DNA of 64,000 bases, taken from contig AP039689.1 of NCBI GenBank assembly GCA_051599415.1, forward strand, positions 682,001 through 746,000, written 5' to 3'. Numbering within the stretch: position 1 is the first letter of the stretch; each line of letters begins with the position of its first letter. This stretch comes from Savitreella phatthalungensis (Eukaryota). A model generated the notes under the pieces. The model had not been told where the DNA came from and searched no databases. It saw nothing but the letters and a program-made list of their open reading frames with translations. Positions 46,140 through 58,156 of the stretch are shown in pieces. The position numbers and the translations under genes are program-made.

Positions 46140-48866
46140 ATGGATGCGATCGATCTGAAGCCTTTGGAAGGCGTCGTCGTCTGCTGTACAGGTCTATCCG
46201 AGTCACAGCGCAACAGACTCTTCTCCCAGGCGAGAGAACTCGGTGCAGACTGTCAGGCGGATCTCACTGCAGACGTCACGCATCTCGTCTGCGTAGATAC
46301 GACCTCTCCAAAGTACGTGTTCTGTGCCAGGCATCGGCCCGATCTCGCTTTTATGCGCACAGACTGGATTGAAGCAATCCACGAGCAATGGCTTGCAGGA
46401 CACGACATCTCACCGGACGACTACGAGATCAGGTACAGGCTCCCTACCTTCTACAACGCTCGCGTCTGCGCAACAGGACTGGACATTCAGGAGCGGGCCA
46501 TGCTCGAACGCCTCATCATCTCTAACGGCGGGATCTATACTGGAGACCTCACGCGTGAGAACACCCATCTCGTTGCAGCCAAACCTTCAGGGCACAAGTA
46601 CGAAGCCACTGTTGCCTGGAACTGCGGCATTCAAGTTGTTGGCATCGAGTGGGCCATCCAGAGTGACCAGCGTGGAGCTATGCTAGATGGCAAGTTCTTC
46701 CCTGTAACAGTCGATGCAGAAAAGCGTGGAAAAGGTGCCTTCATCCTCGGCAACGCCACACATATTCGTGCCAGGGGTCCTCGCAAAACCCGAGCACCTG
46801 TGACCCAGCATGACAACGATTCGCTTCTCGCTCCAGCAGATGGGGACACGAGCACGACTACAGCTGGCGAAAAGCGCAAACGCGACTCCAGGCGGCTCGC
46901 AAGTCGCAAAAGACTCAGTAAACGCATGTCTGGAGTCGGCGATGATGTCTGGAATTCGATTGCAGACTACAGCGCAGGCACGGACAGCGCTATTGACGAC
47001 AATGCTATACAGCATTCAAAACTGCCAGATAGCACGGTCGATGGTGTATCAGCTCACGGATCCTGGTTGAATGATGATCAGGCCACCAGCGCAGATGCCA
47101 AGTCGAAGGTACAATTGCATGCATCCGTGCATGACCTCGTCTCTGAGTCAGCCAGCATTTCTCGTGGCTGCTTTGACGGCCGCAGCTTCTTCTGCCAGGG
47201 ATTCGATGCTCGACGACTTGGCATCCTCGAACGGGTTCTGACAGAGAAAGGCGGGATTGTCCTTGCCGCCGACGCAGGACCCGACTCTTGCATGCTGATT
47301 GTTCCCCAGAACGGGCAGCCACCGGACGAAGCAACCCGTCAGAACCGTCTCTGTGCCACAGAATATTGGGTTGAACGATGCCTCGTCAGTAATAAGTACG
47401 AGGAGCCATCTGCGCACTTCGTGTCGCGCCCATTTATTTGCAGCTTCCCAATCGCGCAAATGGATCAGCTTGCGATCTCGGTCAGCGGTCTGACCGACAT
47501 CGAGCTCACACATGTTGAGAAGCTGATATCGATGGTTGGAGCGCGATTCAGCGACAAGCTAGACCGCGATTGCTCAATCCTCCTCACGCCGACGCGCGAA
47601 TGTCGCAAATTTGTGCCTGCGAAGCAATGGGGTGTTCGAGTAGCCACGGTCGACTGGCTCTACGCTTGCATCACTCGACAGCGTCTGCTCGCCCTCAAAG
47701 ACTACGCGCTTGACGGCGTCCAGGGTCAAGGGGCGATGATCGATGGCAGGCTCAGCAAGCTACGTGCATGTAAAGCATCGCTACACGGTCTCAGATGTTA
47801 CGTCTCGCCGACAGTGTCCGCAGCAGACGCTGCGCAAGTCACGACGATTGCGAAAAAGCTTGGCATCGAGATGGTGAATGAGACCGAAGACGCAACACAT
47901 ATACTTGGCGCACTCCCTGCAGATTCAGCTGCGCCAAGCTCGAATGCGCTCATTGTCGATCATCACTGGCTTGAAAGATGTCTAGCTGCTGGACAGCGTC
48001 TGGCAGAACAATCCTGTCCTGTGGAAGGCGGCGCAGGTATGCGGACGACAACGGTGGCTGGACCACGCGACCCACTCGCAAATCTGCCTGCCAAGGTGAA
48101 TCAAGACACGACAAAATCAGCACCACCGGCAATAGCAGATCTCAAACAGATCCAACAGCGCTTAGCCAGCAACGGTACAACAGCCGGCAGATCGTTGACT
48201 AGCGCCACGGGAGCTGGCCGGAAGCTTGTTGGTCGTGCGCGAGCGAGTACGAGAGCGCACTCGGCGCCTGGTGGTGATGGTGCTGCTGCCGTGCCTGGTA
48301 GTGCCGCAATGACTCGCGAGTCCAGCAATGCATCGACCATCACTGACTATCCGGCGCAGCAAACCTTTGCACAAGCTAGCGATCGTGCCCTCATTATGCC
48401 CCTACACGTGGCCGATGACGACCTTGACGACCAAGCAGGCAGTGGTATCAGACCATCGCAAGCGGTCATCTACTCTGAATCAGAAGCTCGACAATCACGA
48501 CTTTTGGTGTTTGACAAGCTTCGAATGGACACCGAGGTGAACCCCATCGATGCTAGAGCCACCGTTGATATTGTTTCCGCCGTCGATGCGAGGAAAGGGG
48601 AGCGAGGTCTTCCTGGAGCGGACAGCAATTCTTCAATGCTCGCTCACAACGGCTCACGAAGTCTGTCCACAGGTCGACAATTCGGTCAGAGCAGCGGCAG
48701 CTACAATGGCAAAGTACACGCTCCGTCGGATCCATCGACCACGGCGATGGCGGTCGAATCTCTCACGAAAGCTCATGGACTTGACTCGCGTCGAACGAGG
48801 TCACGACCAGTATCGAAGCAGCAGCCTAGCATTGAGCGCGTGCAGGCTCGTGCAGAAATGGACTAA
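46140..48866 (+). CDS. rad4: Multi-BRCT replication/checkpoint scaffold Rad4(Cut5)/Dpb11/TopBP1
   Basis: PLEGVVVCCTGL, VTHLV, SPKY, W..; further BRCTs with THLVA, EYWVERCL, DWLYAC. Confidence 0.88.
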   Translation: MDAIDLKPLEGVVVCCTGLSESQRNRLFSQARELGADCQADLTADVTHLVCVDTTSPKYVFCARHRPDLAFMRTDWIEAIHEQWLAGHDISPDDYEIRYRLPTFYNARVCATGLDIQERAMLERLIISNGGIYTGDLTRENTHLVAAKPSGHKYEATVAWNCGIQVVGIEWAIQSDQRGAMLDGKFFPVTVDAEKRGKGAFILGNATHIRARGPRKTRAPVTQHDNDSLLAPADGDTSTTTAGEKRKRDSRRLASRKRLSKRMSGVGDDVWNSIADYSAGTDSAIDDNAIQHSKLPDSTVDGVSAHGSWLNDDQATSADAKSKVQLHASVHDLVSESASISRGCFDGRSFFCQGFDARRLGILERVLTEKGGIVLAADAGPDSCMLIVPQNGQPPDEATRQNRLCATEYWVERCLVSNKYEEPSAHFVSRPFICSFPIAQMDQLAISVSGLTDIELTHVEKLISMVGARFSDKLDRDCSILLTPTRECRKFVPAKQWGVRVATVDWLYACITRQRLLALKDYALDGVQGQGAMIDGRLSKLRACKASLHGLRCYVSPTVSAADAAQVTTIAKKLGIEMVNETEDATHILGALPADSAAPSSNALIVDHHWLERCLAAGQRLAEQSCPVEGGAGMRTTTVAGPRDPLANLPAKVNQDTTKSAPPAIADLKQIQQRLASNGTTAGRSLTSATGAGRKLVGRARASTRAHSAPGGDGAAAVPGSAAMTRESSNASTITDYPAQQTFAQASDRALIMPLHVADDDLDDQAGSGIRPSQAVIYSESEARQSRLLVFDKLRMDTEVNPIDARATVDIVSAVDARKGERGLPGADSNSSMLAHNGSRSLSTGRQFGQSSGSYNGKVHAPSDPSTTAMAVESLTKAHGLDSRRTRSRPVSKQQPSIERVQARAEMD

Positions 48867-49109
48867 ACGATAGATCCTCCATGTAATGTAGCATACGAAC
48901 CATACACGTCTTCAAGGAGCATCGACCTTGACCTCTTGTTCCGTTGTGTCGCCACCATTGCCTAACTATCTACCTAGCCAAACTTTTCCACACGGCTCCA
49001 CGCGGATTATGATATGCTTGAGTGAAAAAGCTCGAGCACTTCATCCGCGTCTAGCTATGTATAAAGCTCCATGAGAGAAGCGTAAAGTGTCGACAGGGAA
49101 GACAGGAGA

Positions 49110-50246
49110 ATGACGATGGGTATTCCTCTGGGGCCCAACTCAGGTCATTCTATGGGTGATAACGACGACGATGCCATGGCAATCGACATGACAGGCGCCT
49201 CGATGAATGGAGCGCCCGCAGGCCATTCGTACGGCTTCACTACCGGCGGGATGCGTGCGTCCCTTCAAGCTGCTGCATCAGCTGACGCCGAAGAAGCCCG
49301 GAGGCAGGCTGAAATCTGGCCGACCGCCTCTCTCGACGTTCTTCAGGCAGAGCGCTCTCGCTTGGAGAACACGATCTCGGAAGCCCAAGCATCCCTCCAC
49401 CGAGCCTTCCACAACCACGACGGATCCCTGGACGAATCCATCCTAATGCACACGCCGCTGATCGACCAAGAGGGTTATCCGCGCGCTGACATTGATGTCC
49501 CTGGTGCACGCGTCGCACGGGGTATCATCACGCGACGCCGCAATGATCTCCGCCTGCTCGGCGACTTCATCGAGCGCGCTGTGATGGAAGCTTGGTCGGT
49601 ACGCCGCCAGGCTGCTGCTGCTACGACTACCGCAGCTGTCCCGCCCTCGCATGTATCCCAACAACCACCATCACGCCATCGACATCAGCCAGCACCGCCA
49701 ACGCAACCAACCCAGCCGCTCACAGAATCAGCATCACAGCGACTCCAGCGCGCAGGTCTTGCGCCAGATACCGCCACTCCGACTCCGCTCACTGAGCAGC
49801 GGGACTTGCCGAACGGGGATGACAAGCTTGGGTGGAAGGCGCTTGCAAGGGTGGTGTCGGTGGTCGATGGAGGTGCCGGTTGGAATGCTGGCATGCGTGC
49901 AGGTGATGAGATCCTCGCGTTCGGTGGACTTTCCAGTAGCAACAGCAGTGGTCGACCAAGTTCAGCTGGTGGCGAAGATTCACAGAGTTTGCAGCAGATC
50001 GCGAGAGTCGTTCAGACGCATGCGAGCAGGATTCTGTATAGGAGCGATGGAGATGACGATGGCATGGACTTTGGCGATTCATCGGTCGAAAGCGACGGAA
50101 TTCCGTGCACATTGAGACGCACGGATGCGTCTGCACGAGGTGATATGCCAAGCGCTCCAGCCCAGAGGATAATCGAGACTGTCATCTATCTTAGTGCCGA
50201 TGCAGTTCGCAGCGGTCTTCCACTCCTTGGCGCACATCTCGTGTGA
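49110..50246 (+). CDS. NAS2: Proteasome assembly chaperone Nas2/PSMD9, divergent
   Basis: MHTPLIDQEGYPRADID..R....RNDL, PDZ-like ARVVSV...AGMRAGDEILAFG, LLGAHL. Confidence 0.85.
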   Translation: MTMGIPLGPNSGHSMGDNDDDAMAIDMTGASMNGAPAGHSYGFTTGGMRASLQAAASADAEEARRQAEIWPTASLDVLQAERSRLENTISEAQASLHRAFHNHDGSLDESILMHTPLIDQEGYPRADIDVPGARVARGIITRRRNDLRLLGDFIERAVMEAWSVRRQAAAATTTAAVPPSHVSQQPPSRHRHQPAPPTQPTQPLTESASQRLQRAGLAPDTATPTPLTEQRDLPNGDDKLGWKALARVVSVVDGGAGWNAGMRAGDEILAFGGLSSSNSSGRPSSAGGEDSQSLQQIARVVQTHASRILYRSDGDDDGMDFGDSSVESDGIPCTLRRTDASARGDMPSAPAQRIIETVIYLSADAVRSGLPLLGAHLV

Positions 50247-50381
50247 AAACACGACATCCAATGCTACGTACGCGACAATGAACGAATGAATGGGTTATCA
50301 ATTAGACGGTATGTATGCTTTGGGCTGATGGGAAGTGAACGTGATCCGTAGAGGAAGATGAGAAGACGATGGACGAGAAAT

Positions 50382-52451
50382 TCATTCGCCTGCAGACTGG
50401 ATGAAGTCGGAGTTCAGTAATTGGTCTGCGGTCCAACGCGTCTTATAGTCAGGCTCCAGAGCGTGCGAGAGGAACTCGCAGGCGGCGTTCAGGCGTTCTG
50501 CGTCGTATGGTTCGAGGAAGGGCCATGTGCTATCGAGGTAAAAGACGTCACGTTTGCTCTCATGCGGTCGATCGGGTGAACGTGATCGAGGAGGCCAAGC
50601 AATCTCGCGAAAGGTCGGCTCGGCTGTAGTTGGCAGTTGCTGCGCCTGTATACTGGACGTGGTCGATGTCGGTGGCGTCATTGTCAGCTCGTCTTCAGGC
50701 CGCTGCTCAACATCTCGGAAGACCGTCATTTTTCGAGGCCGCTCTGACTGCGGCACAAAAGCCCGACTAGGCAGCGGTCTGATGATCTGTTGTTGGGTGA
50801 GACATCCTGCGGTAGCATGTGTGTGGGAACGCTGAGGAAGACCAAACACTGCAGGATTGTTTACGGCTACCGGTTCACTGCGCTGTCGCTGTTTCTCCTG
50901 ATTCAGCTGATGCATGCGCTGGGCGACGACATTGGTCGGCAACGGTTGCAGTGGCATGAGGTTCGCATTTGTCTGACGCGAGAGACTATTGTATGAGGCT
51001 TGAGGCACTGTTTGCCTCGGACGTGTGCCTTTCGACGCTGTCAGCGCACGCAAGTCGAATCTTGAACCATTCAGATGTGCCTTCCGCTCCATAGCTTCAT
51101 GCTGGATCACGTCAATCCACGGAACCGCCTCGACTGGTGCAGTAGGTATATTTATCTGCATGTGGGATCCGTGTTGGAATGCCACTCGTTTGAGATTTGC
51201 CGTGCCAATGATGTGTGAAAGCTCGACGGTGGCGTCAGTATCGTCTTCACAATTGAAAAACACTTTTGACTGAGTTAAGAAGCACAGCAATGTGATGCCG
51301 ACAGACCATATGTCGATCGCGGTCGATTGCGATGTGCAATGTAGGAGCACTTCAGGAGCCTATGATGTAAGTTTCTTGAAAGAAGAATGTTCGGGTTTCG
51401 CATACACGATATCCTCGAGTTCCGCCACGCTCCGCGACTTTGATTGCGCTTGATCCGTGGTTCGGAATCGCTGATCTCGTTCGCCACGACATTGAGGTCG
51501 GGGAATAACATCCCGAGGCATGCTTCGCTTCTTGATCATAGTTAGAGCAACGCTCTTCGTCGAAATCGAACAAACAAGGACAAGCCGGTCCAGGTTTGGA
51601 CGAGTCGGCTTCAGTCTGGCTTGTCAGTCATGCTTCATTAAGGGTGTTTTGACTCACTTGAGCTAAACCAAAGTCGACGAGCACTCCTCGCCTGGTCAAT
51701 GGATTCCAGCAAAAGTTCCCCGGTTTAATGTCGCGGTGGATAAGGCTGTGCTTGTCAGATAAGTACTTGAAAGTGTGAGAATGTCAGTGAGGCATACTTT
51801 ATTGAATGCATGGCAGCGCAAGCTCTCAGTAGATCACGCGTATATGCTGCCATGTCCCGCAACGAGTAGTAAAACATAAAGCTTGTGCAGTCGATATGAG
51901 GTTCTTCGATAGTCAGCCACTCAGTCGGAAGCGCTTTGTAGAGAGCACTCACCGTAAGGCATAATCAAGATGACTTGATCTTTTGACCTGTGGGCGGAGA
52001 TGATGTTGAGTAGCTGTGGACATTGTAAAGCTTTGATAGCTTTCAGCGCCGACACTTCCTGCTTGATCCGAGTGCGAGATGCGGTAACGTAGATTTGTTT
52101 GATCGCAACTGTCTTCACGACTTCCGCGTAATCAGGAGCTCTGGCAAAGCGAGGTGCTGCTCCTCGACCATTCTTCTCAAGGCGCTCACTTCTGCGTGCC
52201 ATCTGCCCGTCTGTCAAGCGAAGCCTGACACGACGCTTGGCCCTGAACACGCATGAGTACGTTCCACTACCGATGACTCTGTCAATCGTGTAGCCTCGTA
52301 CAATGGTGCCGGCCTGTTCTCGAAGATGTTCAATAGCACGCGTGTTGACTTCTCGCTCTTCTCGATCGAGCTTGCGGGTGGCGTTGGTGTCTCTGTCAGG
52401 TGACACGAAGCTGAAGTACTCAACGTCGAAGCTGGGTGGAAGCTCATTCAT
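50382..52451 (-). CDS. Cdc7-family Ser/Thr kinase (Hsk1/Spo4-like); introns 51904-51952, 51746-51797, 51616-51657, 51360-51405
   Basis: GSGTYS, VAIKQIYVTAS, KDQV...PY, HRDIKPGNF, GVLVDFGLAQ, GTRGYRAPEVL, QSTAIDIWSVG after splicing. Confidence 0.88.
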
Positions 52452-53236
52452 CGTGTTGGATTGCGCTAAGAATTTGATTGAGTAGTTAGAAGCGCTCGCT
52501 TGTCAACGTCGAATCGTGCAGCTTCTCAATTGAGTAGCCAGTTAGCGCTTCACGCTATAGAGACCGATTCCTTTCGAGGATGACAAAAGCCTTTCTTGAG
52601 TCAGCATCGACTTTGACGTTGTGGTGGATAGGCTGGATGGCCATAGGTAGGAGTGATGCTGTGGTGCATTGGAACCAATGTTGGTGCTATTGCACTGGTC
52701 TATACATCGACAAAATTGACGCCACTGTTCTTGGGGCTTCTAATTTAGAGATGTTCGGAGAAGTTCGCTGAACTGGAACACATCCAGGATCTCGATACCC
52801 TAGAACGCTCCTCCAACTATTTCACACACTGGTTCTCCGAGCGGCACGAACACGCAACGCGTAGTGCAATTGTGCGGTGGGGGTCCCCTGGAAGTGCTCC
52901 TCTTTCAACAATTTGCTACGGGACTCGCGATGGCACCTTGCCCACACGATTACGAGGCATGCATCCTCTACTTCTACCGAGCGTCATCGTAAACAGTGTA
53001 TCTCCTCAAGGCACGACGCCATAGCTTTGAATGATCAACTGCTGCACTTATTATCACTGCTAGATCTGCACTATATGGTCCTTTTCTGCTTGTCTTTTGC
53101 GCATCTTGGCTAGATTCTCTGCCTCTGGCTTCTCTCTTTGTCTCTCTCCCTCCCTCTTCACGTCCCCTCCTCCTCTCGTTGGTGTTGTTACAGAAGATGG
53201 TTGATCACGAATGGACTGTGGTGACGAGAGCAATAT

Positions 53237-53986
53237 TTATGCGAGAATCGCACCATTGCCCTCGAGTTGCGGGCACTGAGCGGAGATGTGTCCAACCTCG
53301 TTGCAGCGGTAGCAAGACTTGCCTGCATTGCCTCCAGCCGAGGCACCGTTCGGGCACTGTGAGGACAGGTGGCCGTACTTGGCGCAAGCGTAGCACTTGA
53401 CAGCCTCCGCCTGACAGTCGCGGGCAAAGTGGTTGGGTCCACCACATTTGTAGCACGACTGTCGGCTCGACGCGCCGGGCACACGAGACGAAGGTCCGCC
53501 GGCGGCCGAGGGGAATGGTGCAGGGGCAGAGCCAGAGCCGGCAACACGGGCGTTAGAGCAAGCCTTTGCGATGTGACCAACCTGTCCGCAGTTATAGCAC
53601 TTGGACCCACCAACGGCCTGGCCGCCGCTGGCAAGAACAGGGCAGTCAGTCTGGACGTGTCCAAATTGCTGGCAAGCGTAGCATTGCTGGCGCTCGGTCG
53701 TGCGCGGGTGCGGGCACTCGGAGGACTCGTGACCTGAGGCAAGAATGTCAGTGAATCTGCTGAGAAAGTTACAAGGTGAACAGGATATGGAGTAAGTTCA
53801 AGGTAGCAGCATTCGTGGTTTGACCGCCAAGGTAGTCTTGTCAACTGACGACCCTAATACTTTCCTGAATCCTGATGGAAATGACGTACCAGTCTGCTTG
53901 CAGTTGTAACACAGGCGCTCAGACTCTGTGCAGTTCTGTGCAAAGTGGCCGAGATTGCCGCAGCGGTAGCATGCGCGACGAGACAT
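53237..53986 (-). CDS. byr3: Multi-CCHC zinc-knuckle RNA-binding protein Byr3/Gis2/CNBP; intron 53734-53889
   Basis: Seven CX2CX4HX4C knuckles after splicing. Confidence 0.92.
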
Positions 53987-56242
53987 GTTGTTGAAGAATG
54001 TAAATGATGGATAAGAAGAAGCCGAAAAGGTAGAAAAGTCCGACCGATCTCAGCTCTCGATGCTCTCTCCTCTATGACCTCCTCTCAACTCTCGCGAGAA
54101 CCTCGGAGATTGTGCACCGGACAGGAGACCACGAATCAAGGATTGTGACAGAAAGGCGCAAGGAAGGTTTGCCATGGAGAGCTGGTGGTGTGCTGGACGA
54201 GTAAGGGGAGAATGTGGAGAGCGAGAAGGGGTTGGAATTCCAGGTTTCCACAGGTTTGCAGCCATTGGTAGTGAACGAATTTCACCTGGATACGCAAGCA
54301 CCCGGGACAATTAATTACTATGATTGAGCTAGCTATTCTAACCAGGGACCATTGCGTATGATTAATCTAGGCGCGGTAATTAGTACTGTAAAGCTGACCG
54401 GTGCTCACTGGCATATTTTGTACCATGCATTCTATCAGTTTATTATCAACATTTATTATCATTTACTTGGTCATGTCAAAATCATCTCAAAGCTTGCCGG
54501 TTCTCCTGCCTGCGTGAATACATGCCGCTCATCCTCCGCGTTGGTCGCAATGGGCTGCACCACTACACGTGAAACCTGATTGCTGGACCCCAATGCACGA
54601 AATGCTGCCCAGCAATTCCAGTAGGTCAGCATAGCCTAGCATAGTTCGATAACAGGTGTGACCAGAGTGTTGCCCAATGCAGAGGCGCGCGACACGGTGT
54701 GCATCGCCAGCCAAGTGCGGAGATGCAGAGGACAAGGGAAGGTCGAACCATGGCTGTATGAAATTCGTTGGTTGGAATTCTGATCTTGTTCTGCTCGATA
54801 TTGATATGCGCCAGCTTGGCATCATTGATCCCGTGCTTGAGGAACGGCCGCTCCAGTTCGAAGCGCTGTGGCACTCGCGACTCTGCGCGTCGACATGAGA
54901 CAGCACGATCAATGTAAAGTGAATTATTCTCGGATATGAGGGATGAGCTCGTCTGATATCTCGCGCAAGTCCGAGAGTTCTCTGGCAAACACTGTGTGGT
55001 ATGTGCATGCCAGCCGAGATGTGTGGCACGTAAGAGCATCAGAGACAAATGGATTGTATCACGTAGAGGAAGGATTTGGACAAGGCGGCCTGAAGCGAGA
55101 CTGACACAGCAGACTTCAAGTGGAGCTAAGCGGTGCCCTGTTCGACATAGATCACTTGATCTATTTGTGAGCCCACAGTACTACGCGATCCGACTTTATC
55201 AGACGTGTCTGAATGTCCTTGCGTCCATGCATTGCACATTGTGTGCTCACAAATCATATGTGAGACACAGGTTACGTGCTCGCCACTGTATGTGCTCTCT
55301 CTTTCTCTACTTTCTCTCTTCTTTAGGATATCCGTTTCAGGGCTTCGATGCACGCGAATTGTCGCGAATCACTCATTTCTATAAATTCGACTTAATCGAT
55401 CATCGGGTCGCGCATATCGGAATGAGAATCGAGATGAAATGGCAATCGCGCTCGGTCTTGCAATTCTCAATGCATACTTTACTAGGGTATGATTGATACA
55501 ATCGTCCCTCGCATGATTATCCAGCGTTCCCAAGCCAGCGACTCGGTCTTGACTATAGCGCTCGAACACAGGAGGGTTCGACCGGCCGATGACTACAGAT
55601 GATTGGCATGCCTATTTTCCTCCCTGTTCTTGTTTCTAGTCTTCCGAAAGTCGAATTTCTCAGCGCCGCTAGGTCAGGTCAACCAGAGCCCTAGACCCGA
55701 AAATCAATCTAATTTCAGATACAATTTAATCCAAGTCTAATTTATAGGTATACCATGTATGCGCAGGAAGTTGGCGAAACATGTGTGCAGGCGTGCATTC
55801 GAAATTGAATTTATGTTTTATACCGAAGTTTTGACGTGACTCTCACATGCACCTAATTGCACTTACCCTCTCACTCATCAATCATAATACGTACATGTGG
55901 CCACTTGGAACGCACCCGATCAATTGAATCAATTGAATGCACAGACAATGCACAATCAATTCAGCCTCAGCCAAATCAGTTTTTGAACATATCCACGTAC
56001 TCCTTCACTACTAGCTCACTCGCTCGCTCATTCACTCACATATTCAGCTCAGCATTGCGATCGACATCGGCACTAGCGGCACCAACACCAACACCAGCAC
56101 CATCACCAATACGAACGCTAACCAACTAACCCGACCAACAACACCACTGCAGCAACGCAACCATTTAGAACACGAACACCTGCGCAACATCTTCTTCTAC
56201 TGTTGCTAGAAAGTACAAGCGTACTCCAAAGTCATCAAGTCT

Positions 56243-56520
56243 GTAAGTCATACACCCTCATACCACTGTCCGATCGAGAAGTACACACGCACACATGTAC
56301 ACACACCCATACACATATACACACACATACACGCGCGCGTGTATATCTGTTGTACACGTCAGTCTCTCCCGCGTCAGACTAGTCTCTCAGCTTCTCATAA
56401 CAGACGCGCGCATCAACGTATACACACATACACTCAGTCACACACTTACGCCCACGTTTCTCTGATCGTCGACGAGACCAGAAGCGCAGACCAAGAGACT
56501 AACGCATTCTTCCCTACCAG
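56243..56520 (+). other. Probable 5'-UTR intron of the 14-3-3 gene
   Basis: GTAAGT donor, ACTAAC branch site, pyrimidine tract, CAG ending 38 nt before the ATG; CA-rich interior. Confidence 0.7.
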
Positions 56521-56558
56521 ACACTTATTCCCTCAACCCACAATCGAATCTCATCAAG

Positions 56559-57485
56559 ATGGCAGATCAAGTTTATCTTGCAAAGCTGGCCGAACAGGCA
56601 GAGCGCTATGAAGGTGCGTAGCTCATCCCACCCCTTCATCTATCAACGCATCGTCAGAAGCTGACCTTATGTCTAGAGATGGTTGAGAGCATGAAGGCTG
56701 TGGCATCATCCAACCAAGAGCTTTCTGTCGAGGAGCGCAATCTGCTGTCAGTCGCATACAAGAACGTCATTGGCGCTCGCCGGGCGTCTTGGCGTATCGT
56801 CTCATCGATCGAGCAGAAGGAGGAGTCCAAGGGCAACGCCGAGCAGGTCAAGCTGATCAAGGAGTACCGTGTCAAGATCGAGACGGAACTTCAGAAGATC
56901 TGCCTCGACATCCTCCAGGTGCTCGACAAGCACCTCATCCCATCCGCTCAGTCTGGAGAGTCGAAGGTGTTCTACCACAAGATGTAAGACACCCTCAACG
57001 CCCACTGCTCACTGAACAATCAAGCTGACATGACACTTAGGATGGGTGACTACCACCGATACCTCGCGGAGTTCGCCACCGGCTCCAAGCGACAGGAGTC
57101 CGCCGAGAAGTCTCTCGAGGCTTACAAGGCTGCTTCCGACGTCAGTGTGACTGAGTTGCCGCCGACCCACCCAATTCGCCTCGGCCTTGCACTCAACTTC
57201 AGCGTCTTCTACTACGAGATCCTGAATTCTCCCGACCGCGCATGTCACTTGGCTAAGCAGGCGTTCGATGACGCAATCGCTGAGCTGGACACCCTGTCTG
57301 AGGAATCTTACAAGGACTCTACACTGATTATGCAACTCCTGCGGGACAACTTGACGCTGTGGACATCCGATATGCAGGAGAACGACGCAAAGGACTCCGC
57401 AGCAGCAGCAGCACCAGCAGCACCAGCCGACGACAAGGAGGCAGCAGCTCCAGCAGCTGATGCCGCAACAGCGGAGAGCAAGTAA
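56559..57485 (+). CDS. rad24: 14-3-3 protein; exons 56559-56613, 56677-56983, 57041-57485
   Basis: [65 protein letters not shown]. Confidence 0.97.
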
Positions 57486-57802
57486 GACACGAGCTTGCAT
57501 CCCTCATCCGACCGCCGTACGTCCAATCCGTCAGTCAATCAGTTCATCAGTCATACCGTCAAATTGATCTCTATGGCAACGTGGATAGCGTTTAAGCAGC
57601 TACGAAGCCTCTAGAGAATCGACCTTTGGCTGCACCTTATTAGACGACTTAAAGAGAGCAGTTCAACCACTTTGCACACTGATCGCAAGCGTGAATGCAT
57701 GATCAACTGGATGAATTTGTTTACCTAAGCTAGATTGCGCTGCGCCCATGTGCCTCATAGACTGCGAGGGCGAATGGCCACCGAGTGGAAAATTCGACTG
57801 CC

Positions 57803-58156
57803 TTAGATCTTGCCGACTTGAGGTGCGTCGTCCTTGCCGATCGACTTCTCGAGCTCGTCCAGGGCCGAACGCTGCTCCTTGATGTGCTTCCGAAGTGCTT
57901 CGTTCCGCGAAGCCTCGCGGTCACGGAAGTACTTGTCCTCTGCCGCTTTCTGCCCATCACTGTCAGTCTCTCATCCACACCATCCATCAGCGAAACTTAC
58001 CTCGCGCTTCGAGAAAGCATCGCCAGAGCCAGCAACACTGCCAGCAGGAGCGTCAGCGTATCCGCGAACACCACCGCCAACGCGGCTCACAATACCGCCA
58101 GAGCGCCGTGCGGTTGCGAGAAGGTTGATTGACCGGGTCATCTGTCTGGCTGCCAT
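57803..58156 (-). CDS. INH1: Mitochondrial F1Fo-ATPase inhibitor (IF1); intron 57950-58000
   Basis: Presequence, GDAFSKRE|KAAEDKYFRDRE...LRKHIKEQ. Confidence 0.9.

Noticed and set aside
55560..55600. GGTTCGA T-loop-like sequence
   Set aside because: No cloverleaf stems or A-box found by eye
56977..57055. KMMGDY instead of KMKGDY in 14-3-3
   Set aside because: Single substitution at an exon junction; phosphopeptide-binding motifs look intact
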